A stretch of 64,000 nucleotides of DNA, taken from contig NC_068992.1 in NCBI RefSeq assembly GCF_001194135.2, positions 11,955,693 through 12,019,692 of the forward strand, written 5' to 3'. Of the stretch, positions 35,311 to 49,925 are shown piece by piece. The first letter of the stretch is position 1. Each line of letters starts with the position of its first letter. Source of the DNA: Octopus bimaculoides (Eukaryota). Both the position numbers and the translations under genes were made by a program. The notes beneath the pieces were generated by a model. That model was not told the DNA's origin. It worked only from the letters and a program-made list of their open reading frames with translations, and made no database searches.

Positions 35311-35774
35311 CTCTCTATCACCCAGCTCTATATATATCTCTCTATTTTCTCTTCGTCTCCTTTCTCTCCTCTTTCTTTCCCCTCCCTCTCACTTGTATAT
35401 ATATAGATAGATAAATATACATACTTATATATAAATATACATATACATATACATATGTACACATATGTATGTATGTATGCAAGCATATATTTGTATAAGT
35501 TTCGCTTTTATGTTGCAAATCAAGAATTACTGAGAAAAATAAGAGCAAAGAATAAATTAAAATAAAAATGAAAGAAAATTAATAAATGGAATAAAATTAA
35601 TTAAATTCTGATGAAACTTTTCTAAGAATGAGAAAAATATTTTTAATAACGAGCAGGTGTAACTGGATGTGATTATTTCCGGCTTGGTGTTTCAATGTAA
35701 AATGAAAATAAGAGAAAAATTCGTCCCAATCTCTAAAAACTCCAAGCTAATAATAATTATTATTATAATAATTA

Positions 35775-37035
35775 TATTAATAAGTTTTTAGTAGAGGCAC
35801 AAGTCCAGATATGTTAAGAAGCGGGTAGATCGATTAAATCGACGCCGGTGATTGATTGTTACCCTATTTTATTGACTTCCAAGGGGATGCAAGGCAAAGA
35901 TGTCAACGATAAAATTTGAATTCAGACTATAATGGGTTGCAACAAAAAACCTCAAATCGTTTTGTTGATTGTCTATCGATTGTTCGAAGCCGCTACCTTC
36001 ATAGGTGCCTATTTAAGCACAAGTTAATAATTTTAATGTTTTTTTTATGATGGGGTTTCGATAACATCGATTGCAGTGTCTCAGTGTATGATTGATTCGT
36101 TATTTCATCTTCCCCACTCCGAGAGGAGATAGTCAATATAAGATTAGCCCCGGTGAGATTTGCACTCAGAAGATAAACAGCGGAAATAAGTAAAAGAGCT
36201 GAATGCAATTTGTTCGACGCTCTAAAGTTTATGCCAATCCACTGCACTAATAATTCTATGTATCGCAGGCAATAAGGCCAGAATTTCAGGGGAGGGGTAT
36301 ATCGACCCCAGTGCTCAGTTTGATATTTAATTTATTGACCCCGAAAGAGTGAAAGACAAAAGAGACTTCGGTGACTTTTGAAATCAGAATGTAAAGATGG
36401 AAGAAATGCGCTAACCATTTTCTCTGATGTGTTCACAGTTCTGCCTGCTCACCGTTTTAAATCCCCCACCACCCTCACCATAAATGACCCGTTTTATTAA
36501 AGGCACAAGGTCTGAAATTTTGGGGTTAGGGGCTAATCAATTACATCGACCCCAGTTCTCTACTTGTACTTATTTCATCGACCTCAAAAAGACTAAAAGT
36601 AAAGTCGACCTCGTTGGAAATTAGAACTTGGGACGTAAAACCAGAAGTAATGCCGCGTGCTGACGATTCTTCTGCATCACTGCTTTCACCGTCCCTAATA
36701 ATGATATGAATAAAAATTTCCATTGTGCTTCATCTTATCGTGGTCCTTCAACCCATGAACATATTCTTTGGTGGCATTCATGACTTATTGCGTATTTAGG
36801 ACATTTCAGTAATGTTGAACACATCCCTTTCTGCGTCTAGATCTGCCCCACAACCAATTTCTTCTGAAGGAGACACAACATGAAATAGAAGAAACGATCC
36901 CGGTACTCCACGGATACTTTACTGACTCGGAAAGTCGCTCTTGACCTGATTTGAACTCAAAGCACAGCGAGCTGAAGTAAGTAACACAAAAAACTCTATC
37001 CGACAATGTTAACTTTCCTGCCAGTTTGTCGCCTT
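35775..37035 (-). mobile_element. Cluster of four co-oriented degenerate family B SINEs (about 35775-35995, 36262-36460, 36490-36700, 36880-37035)
   Basis: Each shows the ATCGAC..., TT.ATTGAC/TCGAC...GAAA and ...TTGAA.TCA modules, ending at CGCC.T-like heads. Confidence 0.65.
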
Positions 37036-38717
37036 AATTTCTTAATTACCGATGTAATTTTGGCTGAAAGTATGTTCGGTTCTTGTCAGTTGCCCGTTGG
37101 TTACTATTCTATATAATCAGTTAATCTTCGTACAGTATATGTGTATGTGCATGTGTGTACGTGCGCGTGTATATGTGTGTGAGCGCGCGTACGTGTAATT
37201 CTATTTATTTTTGCGGTGAACATCATGTTTGTAGAAAGAATTACGAATGAAAAGATTTTTGGCGTCACAAGAGAAGGAAAACTGAAGAAAGAATGATTAA
37301 ACTCTTTGTAATAACATGGTGTAGTTTCATTTATTTATTTATTTACTTTTCATTTTATTATTATTTATTTCAATATGCAGTCGGCAGTCGGCATTGCTAA
37401 AAATGTCTTGTTTGTTTTCCTCAATGCTTTGTTTCATTAACGTTTCGATAAAGTTCTGTATACTTGGAAGATTTTAGAACAGCAAAATTAATTTCCATAA
37501 TTTCTTGAAGTTGAATCGCAGAACAAGACTATTTTTAAAAAAAAAAGCATTACGAAACAATGATTCTAACAATAACTTCATTGTCTGCAGTATTTGTTCT
37601 GTAAGTATATATGTCTATGTCTATGTAGGTATGTTACGCATGTGTATCTCTCTTTCTCTTATATGTTATATGAATGTACATGTTTATATCCGTCTCTTTC
37701 ACTCTTTCTGTCTCTCTCTTTCCTTGCATATATATATATATANNNNNNNNNNNNNNNNNNNNNNNNNNNNNNNNNNNNNNNNNNNNNNNNNNNNNNNNNN
37801 NNNNNNNNNNNNNNNNNNNNNNNNNNNNNNNNNNNNNNNNNNNNNNNNNNNNNNNNNNNNNNNNNNNNNNNNNNNNNNNNNNNTATTCCTTCTTTTCTTC
37901 CCTCCTTGTCCAATGTACTGTCTCGTAGCGTTGCAACTTCCAACGGTTTTTTCAAATAAGATAGGTAGCAATCTTCTCTACCCACAGTTATCACATTCGG
38001 TTAAAATGTCCTACGGTTAAGTTGGCTCTTATGTATTTCCCTGAAGAGAAGATTATATCTTTATCAAAATCACCCATTCCCCTGGAAGGAACCATTTGTA
38101 ATCTTCGAAACATATGTCGGAAATAAAGGAATTCATTTAACATATGCGTATTACTCCATTTATTAAATCTTATATATATATTCTGGCTGGAGCACCAAGC
38201 TGTACCGTTCAAATCGGTGACCTTCACTTTGGATATACCCCAGTTGCGTGCAGAGGGTAGATTTGCATGTATAAACAGCTTCAAATCATTTGACCATTTT
38301 AACGCACTCTCGCTAACGCATACAAACCGACACCTCGCTCTCTCTCTCACACGTACTCATAATTCAACTCAAGAATATAAACAAATACTTAACATAGAAG
38401 CCAATGCTAAACAGTATTTAAATTTTAATTCATAATTATTGAATTACAAATGAGCTATTCAGGGGATTCATTGTAATATCTTAATGTACAGCCATGGAAT
38501 TATAGAACATACACGGCATTGCCCGAAGAGCAATGAAATAGCGATAAGGTAACGAAAAGTACTCCATCCTGTGGTAAGGATCAAACGCAACAAAAACGCC
38601 TGCGCACATGCACACACACACACACACAAATACACATACATGTATGCATATATGTGTGTATGTGTATGTATGTATTTCTCTGTGTGTGTGTGTGTGCGTG
38701 TGTGTGTGTATGTGTGA

Positions 38718-38879
38718 GACGAGCATCTTTCAGTTTCCTTCTACCAAATCCATTCACAAGATTTTAATCGACCCGGGGTTATAGTAGAAGACACCCGCCC
38801 ATAATTCCAAGCAGTGGGACTGAACTCGGAAATATGTAGCTGGGAAGCAAGCTGTTTACCACACAGCTATGCCTACGCC
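38718..38879 (-). mobile_element. SINE family C
   Basis: Collinear with 20969-21128. Confidence 0.85.
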
Positions 38880-39440
38880 ATATGTCTATCGATATATATC
38901 TATATGTATCTACCTGTCTCTCTCTCACTCTTTCTCTCTCTCGCTATTTCTCTCTCTCCCTCTTTCTCTCTCTCTCCCTCTTTCTCTCTCTCCCTCTTTC
39001 TCTCTCTCTCTCTCATACACACACACTTTCTATGTGTGTGAGTGTGTTTGCAAATACATACAAGTACGCATACGTACGTATAGAGAGAGTAAGATTAAGA
39101 AAGAGAGAGAGGAAGGCAAGGAGAAAGAGAGAGAGAGAAGTGGAGAATGAAAGAGAAATATGAAATTGTATTTAACAAAAGAAGCCCAACGAAATATTAA
39201 TATTAAATATAAAAATAAAATTTTTAAAAACTAATACAAATAAAATGAATAAATAAATGCTGTGTTTAAATTATTCATGGTCAGAGAGGAAAAATTCAAA
39301 TGTAACTTAATATCAATAATTTGATATAAATTTGCTAATTATTGGTAATTTGATACTAATTATCAATAGTTATCGATAATTATTGAAATTTACATCTTGA
39401 CAAGAAAAAAGTGAATCAATATAAAATACAACCGCGCATA

Positions 39441-39494
<54 letters not shown>

Positions 39495-40109
39495 GGCACA
39501 AGGCATAACGTTACATCTGGCTATAGAAAATTGTTATATACTTAAAGTACTTAAAGTATCAAAGTACGTTCTCAAAACAGCTGGTCTTGAACAATTCGAT
39601 ATTATAATTCTATAATGCTCTGTCTCGATCGGTGAAGGCGTTTTTATCATCTCAGCCATCTTCCAATGCTTTCTATATATTCTAGTATAAAAGAAAAACA
39701 GCTGAAATTAAAAAGAAGAAAACAGAAAAATAGAACAAAATTAAAAATTCAGATGTCTTCTTAGAGTTGATGTTCATAGTTTTTAATCCCACACTGTCCA
39801 TGACCGAGTGAACAGGACTAAGATTTAAAATTACGACCATCACAGCAACATTTCATTTCGTAAGTAGGCTTATTGGTGGGCTCAGTTGACCCCGGCGTTG
39901 ATTTTGCTGTTTCGTAGTTTTGTAAGGATTGCACTATTTCTTCATTGTTTGTCTATTGACACGTACGTTTCCTTGATAATTTCTATTATATTAATCCTTG
40001 GACTGACAGTGATGCACGGATGTTGGGAGCATTGTCGGTTCGTGATAGATTCTACAGGCATAGTAATGCCGTCTGCCGAGCAAGCACGAGAGCGCGCAGA
40101 GCAGCGAAA

Positions 40110-40147
40110 TAGTCCGACACATGCCCGTACGGTGCGCAAAGGGTTAA
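40110..40147. mobile_element. Possible piggyBac-like terminus
   Basis: ...CCGTACGGTGCGCAAAGGG|TTAA (TTAA-CCC on the minus strand) at the end of a GC-rich patch. No convincing partner TIR. Confidence 0.3.
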
Positions 40148-40435
40148 TCCCTAATTTGGCTAGGTTTGACTTAACTGATATCTGTATGGAGTGGAACAAA
40201 CATACTGTAAATCATTCTTAATGTATGCAAAAAATGTTCTGAAAATCAATAGTCTTTATTGCCTTTTGTAGACTTCCTAGTAACTTCACGTGGACATTTC
40301 TTTGAGATGCAGGCCTGAGCAATATTTTTTGTGGAACTAGTAGTTGGTCAGTCATACCTTTATCTCCTTTCCATGCTACCGATATTACACAATGGGAAAC
40401 CAAGCCGATATACCTTGTTATTAATACTGTCACAG

Positions 40436-40528
40436 GTGCTGCCGTTAAAATGCAAAGAGCGAGAGCAGGTACTGCAAAGTCTCTTGGACGATACTCCAAC
40501 AGCTTCGTTAATCAACGGACCTGAACTG
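40436..40528 (+). CDS. Candidate 93-nt exon (VLPLKCKEREQVLQSLLDDTPTASLINGPEL)
   Basis: Acceptor ACTGTCACAG|G and donor CTG|GTACGT. Only frame 0 is open; phase 0-0. Confidence 0.42.
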
Positions 40529-40768
40529 GTACGTTTATATATCGATCCTAAAAGGAAGAAGTCAGTTGTGTTTGATCTTTTTTGCAGAAACTCGAAAAAA
40601 ATAACTCTTTTTACTATAGCCACAAGGCCTGAAAGTTTTTAGAAGAGTTGGCTTAGGGGAGATTAGATCGGACCCTATTCTAAATCTATAATTCCGATAT
40701 ATATGTTAAGACACATTTTCTGAAAGCGTATATGAGCATAACAGGCTGTAGATGAATGCACATGACTA

Positions 40769-40802
<34 letters not shown>

Positions 40803-40854
40803 CATGTATGTATGTATGTATGCATGTACGCATGTATGTATGTATGTGTGCGTG

Positions 40855-40913
<59 letters not shown>

Positions 40914-41405
40914 TTATCTATCTATATATCTATCTATATACACATCTATTTAGCCGTCTATCTATTTCTCTATATAATAGCTATTTATATACACATCCAC
41001 ACATACTTACATGCACGCACACTCACGCACACACACACACACACACACATACTCACACGCGCAAGCACAGACATATAAGGGAGTGGCAAAATGTCTTTGT
41101 GTACACGTAAGTATGGAGTATAAACGTGAGTGTGTACACAAAATAGAAATAAGAAGATTAAAGACCAGAGTGTTTTTAAGTTATAAAAAAAAAAGGAAAA
41201 AGAAACAAAATAACAAAGCAAAAGATATAAACAAATTGTGCCCGCATTACACAACATAGATATAAAAATCATCCTCGCTTTGACTAATGGTATTTCAGCT
41301 AAATTTAGCAGTGAATAATAATTTCGCGTTCTCTCTACCAGAAATTCTATACCGACATGTGCGTAATAATAATATAATATAGTACAATGTAATAATAACA
41401 ACAAC

Positions 41406-41456
<51 letters not shown>

Positions 41457-42309
41457 CGTATAAACGTATGTATATATACAAATATAAATACATACGTATG
41501 CAAACATATACTTGCATATACTGTATGTATATATATATATATACACACATATCACTTAGGTATTGCGAGACTAATAANNNNNNNNNNNNNNNNNNNNNNN
41601 NNNNNNNNNNNNNNNNNNNNNNNNNNNNNNNNNNNNNNNNNNNNNNNNNNNNNNNNNNNNNNNNNNNNNNNNNNNNNNNNNNNNNNNNNNNNNNNNNNNN
41701 NNNNNNNNNNNNNNNNNNNNNNNNNNNNNNNNNNNNNNNNNNNNNNNNNNNNNNNNNNNNNNNNNNNNNNNNNNNNNNNNNNNNNNNNNNNNNNNNNNNN
41801 NNNNNNNNNNNNNNNNNNNNNNNNNNNNNNNNNNNNNNNNNNNNNNNNNNNNNNNNNNNNNNNNNNNNNNNNNNNNNNNNNNNNNNNNNNNNNNNNNNNN
41901 NNNNNNNNNNNNNNNNNNNNNNNNNNNNNNNNNNNNNNNNNNNNNNNNNNNNNNNNNNNNNNNNNNNNNNNNNNNNNNNNNNNNNNNNNNNNNNNNNNNN
42001 NNNNNNNNNNNNNNNNNNNNNNNNNNNNNNNNNNNNNNNNNNNNNNNNNNNNNNNNNNNNNNNNNNNNNNNNNNNNTATATATGTATATATATATATATA
42101 CACACATATCACTTAGGTATTGCGAGACTAATAACCTATAATTCTATTTCCAAAACTGCACTTCATATTAGACGCTCCGGATGAAGCTATAGGATGTTAT
42201 TCAGGCACTCAGTGAGTAGTCCACCGCATCTTATCACAGAAACAGCTGTAAGCTAATGAAGTTCATAACATAATCATCGTTTCCTTTTTGTCATCTATTT
42301 TGCCATAGA

Positions 42310-42450
42310 TATGTAAAGCGTCAGACAGAATGCCTTGCAGTATTTGTTGTAACTCGCGTCGCACCCTGTTCAAATCCCACCGAGGTCAGATTTACCCTTC
42401 ACCTTTAGTTTTGAATATTCGGATTTCCAGTTCCCCCTCGAGACCGATGT
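42310..42450 (+). mobile_element. Degenerate SINE family B
   Basis: AAAGCGTCAGACAGAATGCCTTGCAGTATT...GTTCAAATCCCACCGAGGTC...TTTACCCTTCACC. Confidence 0.5.
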
Positions 42451-42654
42451 CATTTCTCTTTGGATTTGCGACCGAGAGATTAATTACAAATATACAGAGG
42501 AGTGAATCACAAATAGAAACGTAACTTCCTTGGTTCGATCGGAAGATACACTACCATCACTCCTATTTCTACCTACGCACACACACACATACGCGCATTT
42601 CAAATCAATTAAAAGGTGGAGTTTTTGCCTTTTAGATGCCCCATGGCAGATAAT

Positions 42655-43110
42655 ATGCAGACACAAGAAATCAAATGAAATACAGACGACGATTTAGAAA
42701 TTGCTGGGTTTCTAAATGTTGCAAGATGAGTTCTACACGAAATTGGGGTGAAACTGAAAGCCTCCAAAGAAAATGCTTCAACTGTATCAAAGAAACACAA
42801 AGGTCATTCTAAACGTTCGGACACGATGAGCATATGACAGTTTATTCAAATCGTTCTAAACGTTATCGTTGATTATCCTAGAAAATCAATGAAAACCATA
42901 GCAAGGAACTTCAGATATCGGAGTGGACTATTAGAACTCTAGTGCACAAGGACATTCGTATGTACTGAGGAGTGGCCAATTCATATTTTCAATGACACAG
43001 GAAGACCGTTTGATCGGTGCTATGCGAGTACTTAAAACAAATTTTTAAACTTTCACGAACACGACTTGCTTTTTCTCCGATGAGAAATCCTGCAGTGGAC
43101 CAGCGGGTGC
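42655..43110 (+). pseudogene. Tc1/mariner superfamily (maT/DD37D-like) transposase N-terminal remnant
   Basis: DDLEIAGFLNVAR, HSKRSDT...FIQIV...I.DYPRKSMKTIAR, SEWTIRTLVHKDIR and HEHDLLFSDEK occur in order. Confidence 0.75.
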
Positions 43111-43349
43111 CTGGGTTAACGATATTAATCGCGTAAATGTTCACGTAAATGTTCATCACAATTGTTTACTGTTTTCCGGCAGTGTTAAGCGGTTCGGCGT
43201 ATCTAAACTTTGCGATATGATTCCCCGTGTGTGATATGAAAATGCAAATTTACGATATCGATTTATCTCTCTCTATATATATATGTACACACACATCTCT
43301 CTCTCTATATATGTATATACATGTATGTATGTATGTATGTATATATATG

Positions 43350-43392
<43 letters not shown>

Positions 43393-44598
43393 NNNNNNNN
43401 NNNNNNNNNNNNNNNNNNNNNNNNNNNNNNNNNNNNNNNNNNNNNNNNNNNNNNNNNNNNNNNNNNNNNNNNNNNNNNNNNNNNNNNNNNNNNNNNNNNN
43501 NNNNNNNNNNNNNNNNNNNNNNNNNNNNNNNNNNNNNNNNNNNNNNNNNNNNNNNNNNNNNNNNNNNNNNNNNNNNNNNNNNNNNNNNNNNNNNNNNNNN
43601 NNNNNNNNNNNNNNNNNNNNNNNNNNNNNNNNNNNNNNNNNNNNNNNNNNNNNNNNNNNNNNNNNNNNNNNNNNNNNNNNNNNNNNNNNNNNNNNNNNNN
43701 NNNNNNNNNNNNNNNNNNNNNNNNNNNATATATATATATATATATAATGCATGCATTGCTACCATCCAATAGATTATGGCCATCCCGACTAAATCGACCA
43801 ACGTACATATTTTTAAAACTGACGCTTATTTTATCAACCTGATTATAACAAACCGCGAAGTGACAGCAATATAGAGAAATCTATTCCAGTAGCCAGTTAA
43901 TAAGAGGAACACACAATGGTACACAAACACACTTATAATTATACGTGTATAATTATATAAAATGAAGAAATATATACAACATATCTACGTATAGGTGTAT
44001 CATATCTATATATGGATTTATGCGCGCGTGTGTGTGCTGTGTGTGTGCGCGTGTATATGCATATATGTATGTGTGTGTGTGTATAAGTGTGTAAGTTTAA
44101 AAGAAAACAGCCGAGATTATAACAATTTAGGAATAGGGACGTGAAGGTAATATATGTGTGTGTGTGTATGTGTATGCGTGTGTAGACATACAAACGTATT
44201 TATATTATATATGCGTGTTTGTGTGTGTGTTTGTGTGTTTGTGTGTGTCTGTGAGTGTGTGTCTGCGTGTACACACACAGAAACATATTTATATTACATA
44301 TATGTATGTATATGCATGTTTTTTTTATGTATGTATGTATGTCTGTATGCGTGTGTATATACATATGTGTGTATGTTCATGTGTGTGAATGTGTGAGAAC
44401 ATGTATATAAATATATATCTGTAATATGTATATAAATATTTCTATTTATATGTTATATGTATGTATATTTGTAGTTATATATATATATATATATATATAT
44501 ACAAACATATTTTGTTTGTATATATGTATTTGTATGTATATATGTGTGTGTTCTACGTCTATATATTTATGTGTGTGCGTGCGTGTGCGCGTCCGTGT

Positions 44599-44634
<36 letters not shown>

Positions 44635-45667
44635 GTGTACATATATATAAACATATGTATTTATGCATGTCTCTGTGTTGCAGGATACAACATCAAGGGT
44701 TATAATAATGTGGATATAGGGATGAGAATAAAAAAAAACTACAAAACATTAAAAAAATAATAATATTAAAAAAGAAGAACATCAACAGACAAATAAACAA
44801 ATAAGGTAGCAAATAAATGATAGTTATTATCATTTAAGCCATTACCGTTCCATCAAAATAGCAACACTGTCAGCATAGTCACCTTGGCAAATATCACCGC
44901 CATTGCATCAAACGCTGTGGCGTCGACATCTTACAGCACAACAACAAATATCTCCACAACCACTACCCTACTAAAGCCATCGCTTTTACTACAGTCGCTT
45001 ATACCTTTACTATCATCATTATTATTATAAACAGGAGAAATATTCACTGAAACATCACGAGTTGTTTCAATGTCTTCTACTACCACACTCTACTACCTTC
45101 GTCACAAGCATTACCCCCTACGCTATGAACACCACCACATCCAAAACCACCACCACCAACAACAACAACACGAACATGATCATCACACCACCACCACTAC
45201 TAACAACAAACAAACAAACAGACAAACAAACCACAAAAGATAGAAACACAAGAACATCAATAATAAAGTATTATTATCATGCGAAAATAGAACGACAACA
45301 TTTACTATTCACAAAACATATAATGGCGTCAGTCCAACCAACAATTTCTTTGGCAGCCATTTTTTTTTCCAAATTTTCCATTGCATCGTATTGCATTAAA
45401 CTTGTTCCTTTCAAATAATTGGATCGTACATTTTTTTTGTTCTCCAAATGGAAGATTTCAAGAAATGGTGAGATAATAATGGTGGTAGTGGTGTTTTCGT
45501 TTCATTGGGCGATGCTATCATGACAAATTAAACTATACAAATACACACTTTCTACCTTGATGGATATATTGATAACTTTACAGTACGATATATGTATATG
45601 TATATAAGCACATATATACACACACACATACAGACAGAGACACACCGACACACACACACACACACCC

Positions 45668-45698
<31 letters not shown>

Positions 45699-45988
45699 AA
45701 TACATACATGTATATAAACACTTATACATACATACATATAATATATATTGAATATATATTAATAAAATGTACGTATAGACACACATAGATAGATAGATAG
45801 ATAGACAGACATACGTTTACAAGTACTCATGCTCATACGTGGCGTATGCTAAAGCAAAAAGTTTGCATATGTGTATATGTGTGCGAATAAATATTTGATT
45901 CCTAAATATATGTATACTTCTACCTCAATGTGAAACTTTCTCTTTCTCGCCGTCTCTCTCACTGTCTCACTTCCCCTCTCTGTAACTC

Positions 45989-46034
<46 letters not shown>

Positions 46035-46389
46035 NNNNNNNNNNNNNNNNNNNNNNNNNNNNNNNNNNNNNNNNNNNNNNNNNNNNNNNNNNNNNNNNNN
46101 NNNNNNNNNNNNNNNNNNNNNNNNNNNNNNNNNNNNNNNNNNNNNNNNNNNNNNNNNNNNNNNNNNNNNNNNNNNNNNNNNNNNNNNNNNNNNNNNNNNN
46201 NNNNNNNNNNNNNNNNNNNNNNNNNNNNNNNNNNNNNNNNNNNNNNNNNNNNNNNNNNNNNNNNNNNNNNNNNNNNNNNNNNNNNNNNNNNNNNNNNNNN
46301 NNNNNNNNNNNNNNNNNNNNNNNNNNNNNNNNNNNNNNNNNNNNNNNNNNNNNNNNNNNNNNNNNNNNNNNNNNNNNNNNNNNNNNNNN

Positions 46390-46421
<32 letters not shown>

Positions 46422-46862
46422 TGTATATACATGAATTGTATATGTGTGTGTGTGTTTGTGTATGTGTGTGTATGCGTATATAAACATGTTATATCCCATA
46501 TGTTGACGTATATAAATTTATATATACTTATATGTATACCCGTATGTATCAGATATTGTGGTTGTGTGTATGTGTGTATATGTCTCAGACCATTTCAAGG
46601 TGACATCGATTCATGTTGTTAGCAAATTTGCTAGTTTCATACTCTAACGAGACATAAGCGAGCCTGTGTGCTTGTATGATTGTGCCTATGTGAGCGTGCT
46701 TGAGTATGACTACTTGTGCGAGCTTGTGTATTTGTGTAAATGTATATACATACACAGATATACACACACAGATAGAGTATGAGTGAATAGAGGACAAACC
46801 AGCTCTCTCATTATGTGTATTGGCATTAGTTTAGCTACTTGCACAGGTTGTACTGCAGCCAT

Positions 46863-46901
<39 letters not shown>

Positions 46902-47389
46902 NNNNNNNNNNNNNNNNNNNNNNNNNNNNNNNNNNNNNNNNNNNNNNNNNNNNNNNNNNNNNNNNNNNNNNNNNNNNNNNNNNNNNNNNNNNNNNNNNNN
47001 NNNNNNNNNNNNNNNNNNNNNNNNNNNNNNNNNNNNNNNNNNNNNNNNNNNNNNNNNNNNNNNNNNNNNNNNNNNNNNNNNNNNNNNNNNNNNNNNNNNN
47101 NNNNNNNNNNNNNNNNNNNNNNNNNNNNNNNNNNNNNNNNNNNNNNNNNNNNNNNNNNNNNNNNNNNNNNNNNNNNNNNNNNNNNNNNNNNNNNNNNNNN
47201 NNNNNNNNNNNNNNNNNNNNNNNNNNNNNNNNNNNNNNNNNNNNNNNNNNNNNNNNNNNNNNNNNNNNNNNNNNNNNNNNNNNNNNNNNNNNNNNNNNNN
47301 NNNNNNNNNNNNNNNNNNNNNNNNNNNNNNNNNNNNNNNNNNNNNNNNNNNNNNNNNNNNNNNNNNNNNNNNNNNNNNNNNNNNNNNNN

Positions 47390-47439
<50 letters not shown>

Positions 47440-47441
<2 letters not shown>

Positions 47442-47675
47442 GAACCAATCTCAAAATCCACGACGTTCCTCAATAATGCAGTTTTCTGGGCATGTTCTAA
47501 CCTCATCAATTCCTTCCACTTTCTTCGATATATTAATATTTCTCAAAGCTCCTTTTTTTAGTGCTCCTTTTTTTAGTGCTCCCAGTGCCCCTAGAACTAC
47601 TTGGATGATAGTTATTCTCTTCGTTGCCCACATTTGTGCAATTACATATTTTGTTATTTCGTACTTTTCAGTCCG
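47440..47675 (-). pseudogene. R4/Dong-like RLE C-terminal fragment
   Basis: EKY...IAQMWATKRITIIQVVLGALGAL...LEHAQKTALL, related to 21301-21639, with an internal 15-bp duplication. Confidence 0.75.
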
Positions 47676-48237
47676 TGTTTAAATCCCCCTTAAGTCAGCG
47701 TTGACTCTTATGCTTCTGGGGGTATATAAAGTAAAATGCCAGCAAAGTTTTTGAATTTGGTTAGCAAGATTCTTTATATGAATTCGTATATTGCAACATA
47801 TTTTCTTTGTCTCAGTAGGAACATTATGCCAACAATAAACATACGCACTGGTTCTGTTTCTCTCAGTATCATTAGTCAATTAGTTAACATTTAAACGGTT
47901 AATTAATGGATTATTTTACTAATCAACCCATCAGTTAGATTTGTCAAAGCCTTTCCGTTAATATTCGCAACCAATTCAATGACATATCCTCCCTATTTTT
48001 TATTTGAAGGATCGAACGATTAATGAAACAAGTGTTTAGTTAATTGGTGAAATGTTTAACAAATTGACTACTACTAACAAAAGAAGTAAACATAACCAGC
48101 GTGCGTGCATGAGTGTGTTTATTGGAATACTGGCCCTCTCAAAATACAACAAAACATTAGTAAATTATTGATGTCGATGTAATCGAATAGACGCCACCCT
48201 CTTCCGAATTTAATAGCCTGTGCCTACGACAGAAGCA

Positions 48238-48306
<69 letters not shown>

Positions 48307-49012
48307 GCAGCTCTTGCCTTTGTCGCTGTGTGTGCCCTTCACGTTGGTGATGACTGTTTTCTTGTTTTTGCTGTGGTTGCCTTTGCAGTGGAGATATTCG
48401 CATGATGGTTATTTTGATGGCGTTTTCATGACGCCGCTCTTTAATCTGCCTATGCTAACATGCTGTTCTTCTTTGAGATAGAAAAGTCCTACAATTCCAG
48501 GTATAGTAAGTCAGTATGATAACGAAATAATCGGGTTATGTTCACAAACTATTCAGCATCATGGTAAAAACACAGAAGGGAATCGGTTGTTTTGAATTTG
48601 TTTTTCATATTTTCCACCATTCTATTTATTCAGAAGGGAGATCCTCGTCATAAACAGCGGACAATAAGCGAAGAGAGCAATATGGCGTCTGTTTGGATAT
48701 TTTTCATGTTATGGGGATCTATTAGCTCAAGAACGTATGTAAATAGATACACTTAAGCGTTAGTGTCCCCGCCAATGTCGGTTTCATTGCTTGCGTTAAT
48801 GTTTGTGGGAGCCATAAAGGAGTGTGTTTGTGTGTGTGTGAGTGTATGTGTGTGTTTGCGCTTGTGAGTGTGTGTATGTATGTGTGTGTGTGTGCATATC
48901 TGTGCATGTGTCCATGCGTGTTCGCCTGTAGTTTGACCTGCATTTGCTTAGAGCATTATTATTTACTAAGAATTGAAGCCATTATTATTATTATTATGAC
49001 TATGGTTATTAT

Positions 49013-49046
<34 letters not shown>

Positions 49047-49053
49047 GCTGCTG

Positions 49054-49098
<45 letters not shown>

Positions 49099-49142
49099 AT
49101 AATAATAATAATAATAATACTGCTGCTGCTGCAACAGCAATA

Positions 49143-49184
<42 letters not shown>

Positions 49185-49619
49185 GCTACTGCTGCTGCTG
49201 CTATTCTCTCTGTGTCTCTGTGTCTCTGTATAAATATATATACATTCGCATGTATGTAGTTACGTTTGCTTCTGTGTGCTTATGTGTATGCGACGCGTGT
49301 GTATGCGTGCGTATCCGAGCGTGAACGTGTGCGTGTGTAGGTGTGTGTGCGTGTGTAGGTGTGCGTGCGTGTGTGTTTGCGTACATGTGTGTGTATTTAG
49401 GCATGCGCGCGTATACACTTAAGTTACTAGCATTTTTCATTACCACTAAAAGAAGACGGTCTTTCTTCGTTGGTGGCAAGGGAGGAATATATATTTTGGT
49501 TTCTTGGACTTTTTCAGCACCATATAATCTCAAATGTCGCCAGAAAACCAGTTCGCCTTTTTTTTGTTGCATGTCAATTAAGGTTGGGTATTCGTAATTT
49601 CTTGAGTCATCTCTACTTA

Positions 49620-49709
<90 letters not shown>

Positions 49710-49744
49710 TTATATATATATAGTTCAATATATTAAATAATGTA

Positions 49745-49925
49745 ATATAAAAACAAAAGACGAAGACAGGTGTATGAACAACGAGCAAGTGTATTAGTTT
49801 GACGCTCGGGTAGAATGAAAAAGTTTTTTTTATGTTTCGAGCCCACGCTCTTCAACAGAAAGGAATAAGAGAAAACAGAGAGAGAATATGAAAAACTTGT
49901 AGATTTCAGCGGTCCAGCATGGCGA
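49745..49925 (-). mobile_element. Family D element with degenerate hammerhead-like motif (49827-49862)
   Basis: Minus strand reads CUUU-CUGUUGA-A-GAGC[GUGG]GCUC-GAAA-CA-UA-AAAA. Tail CACCTGTCTTCGTCTTTTG is shared with the copy at 59837. Confidence 0.7.
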
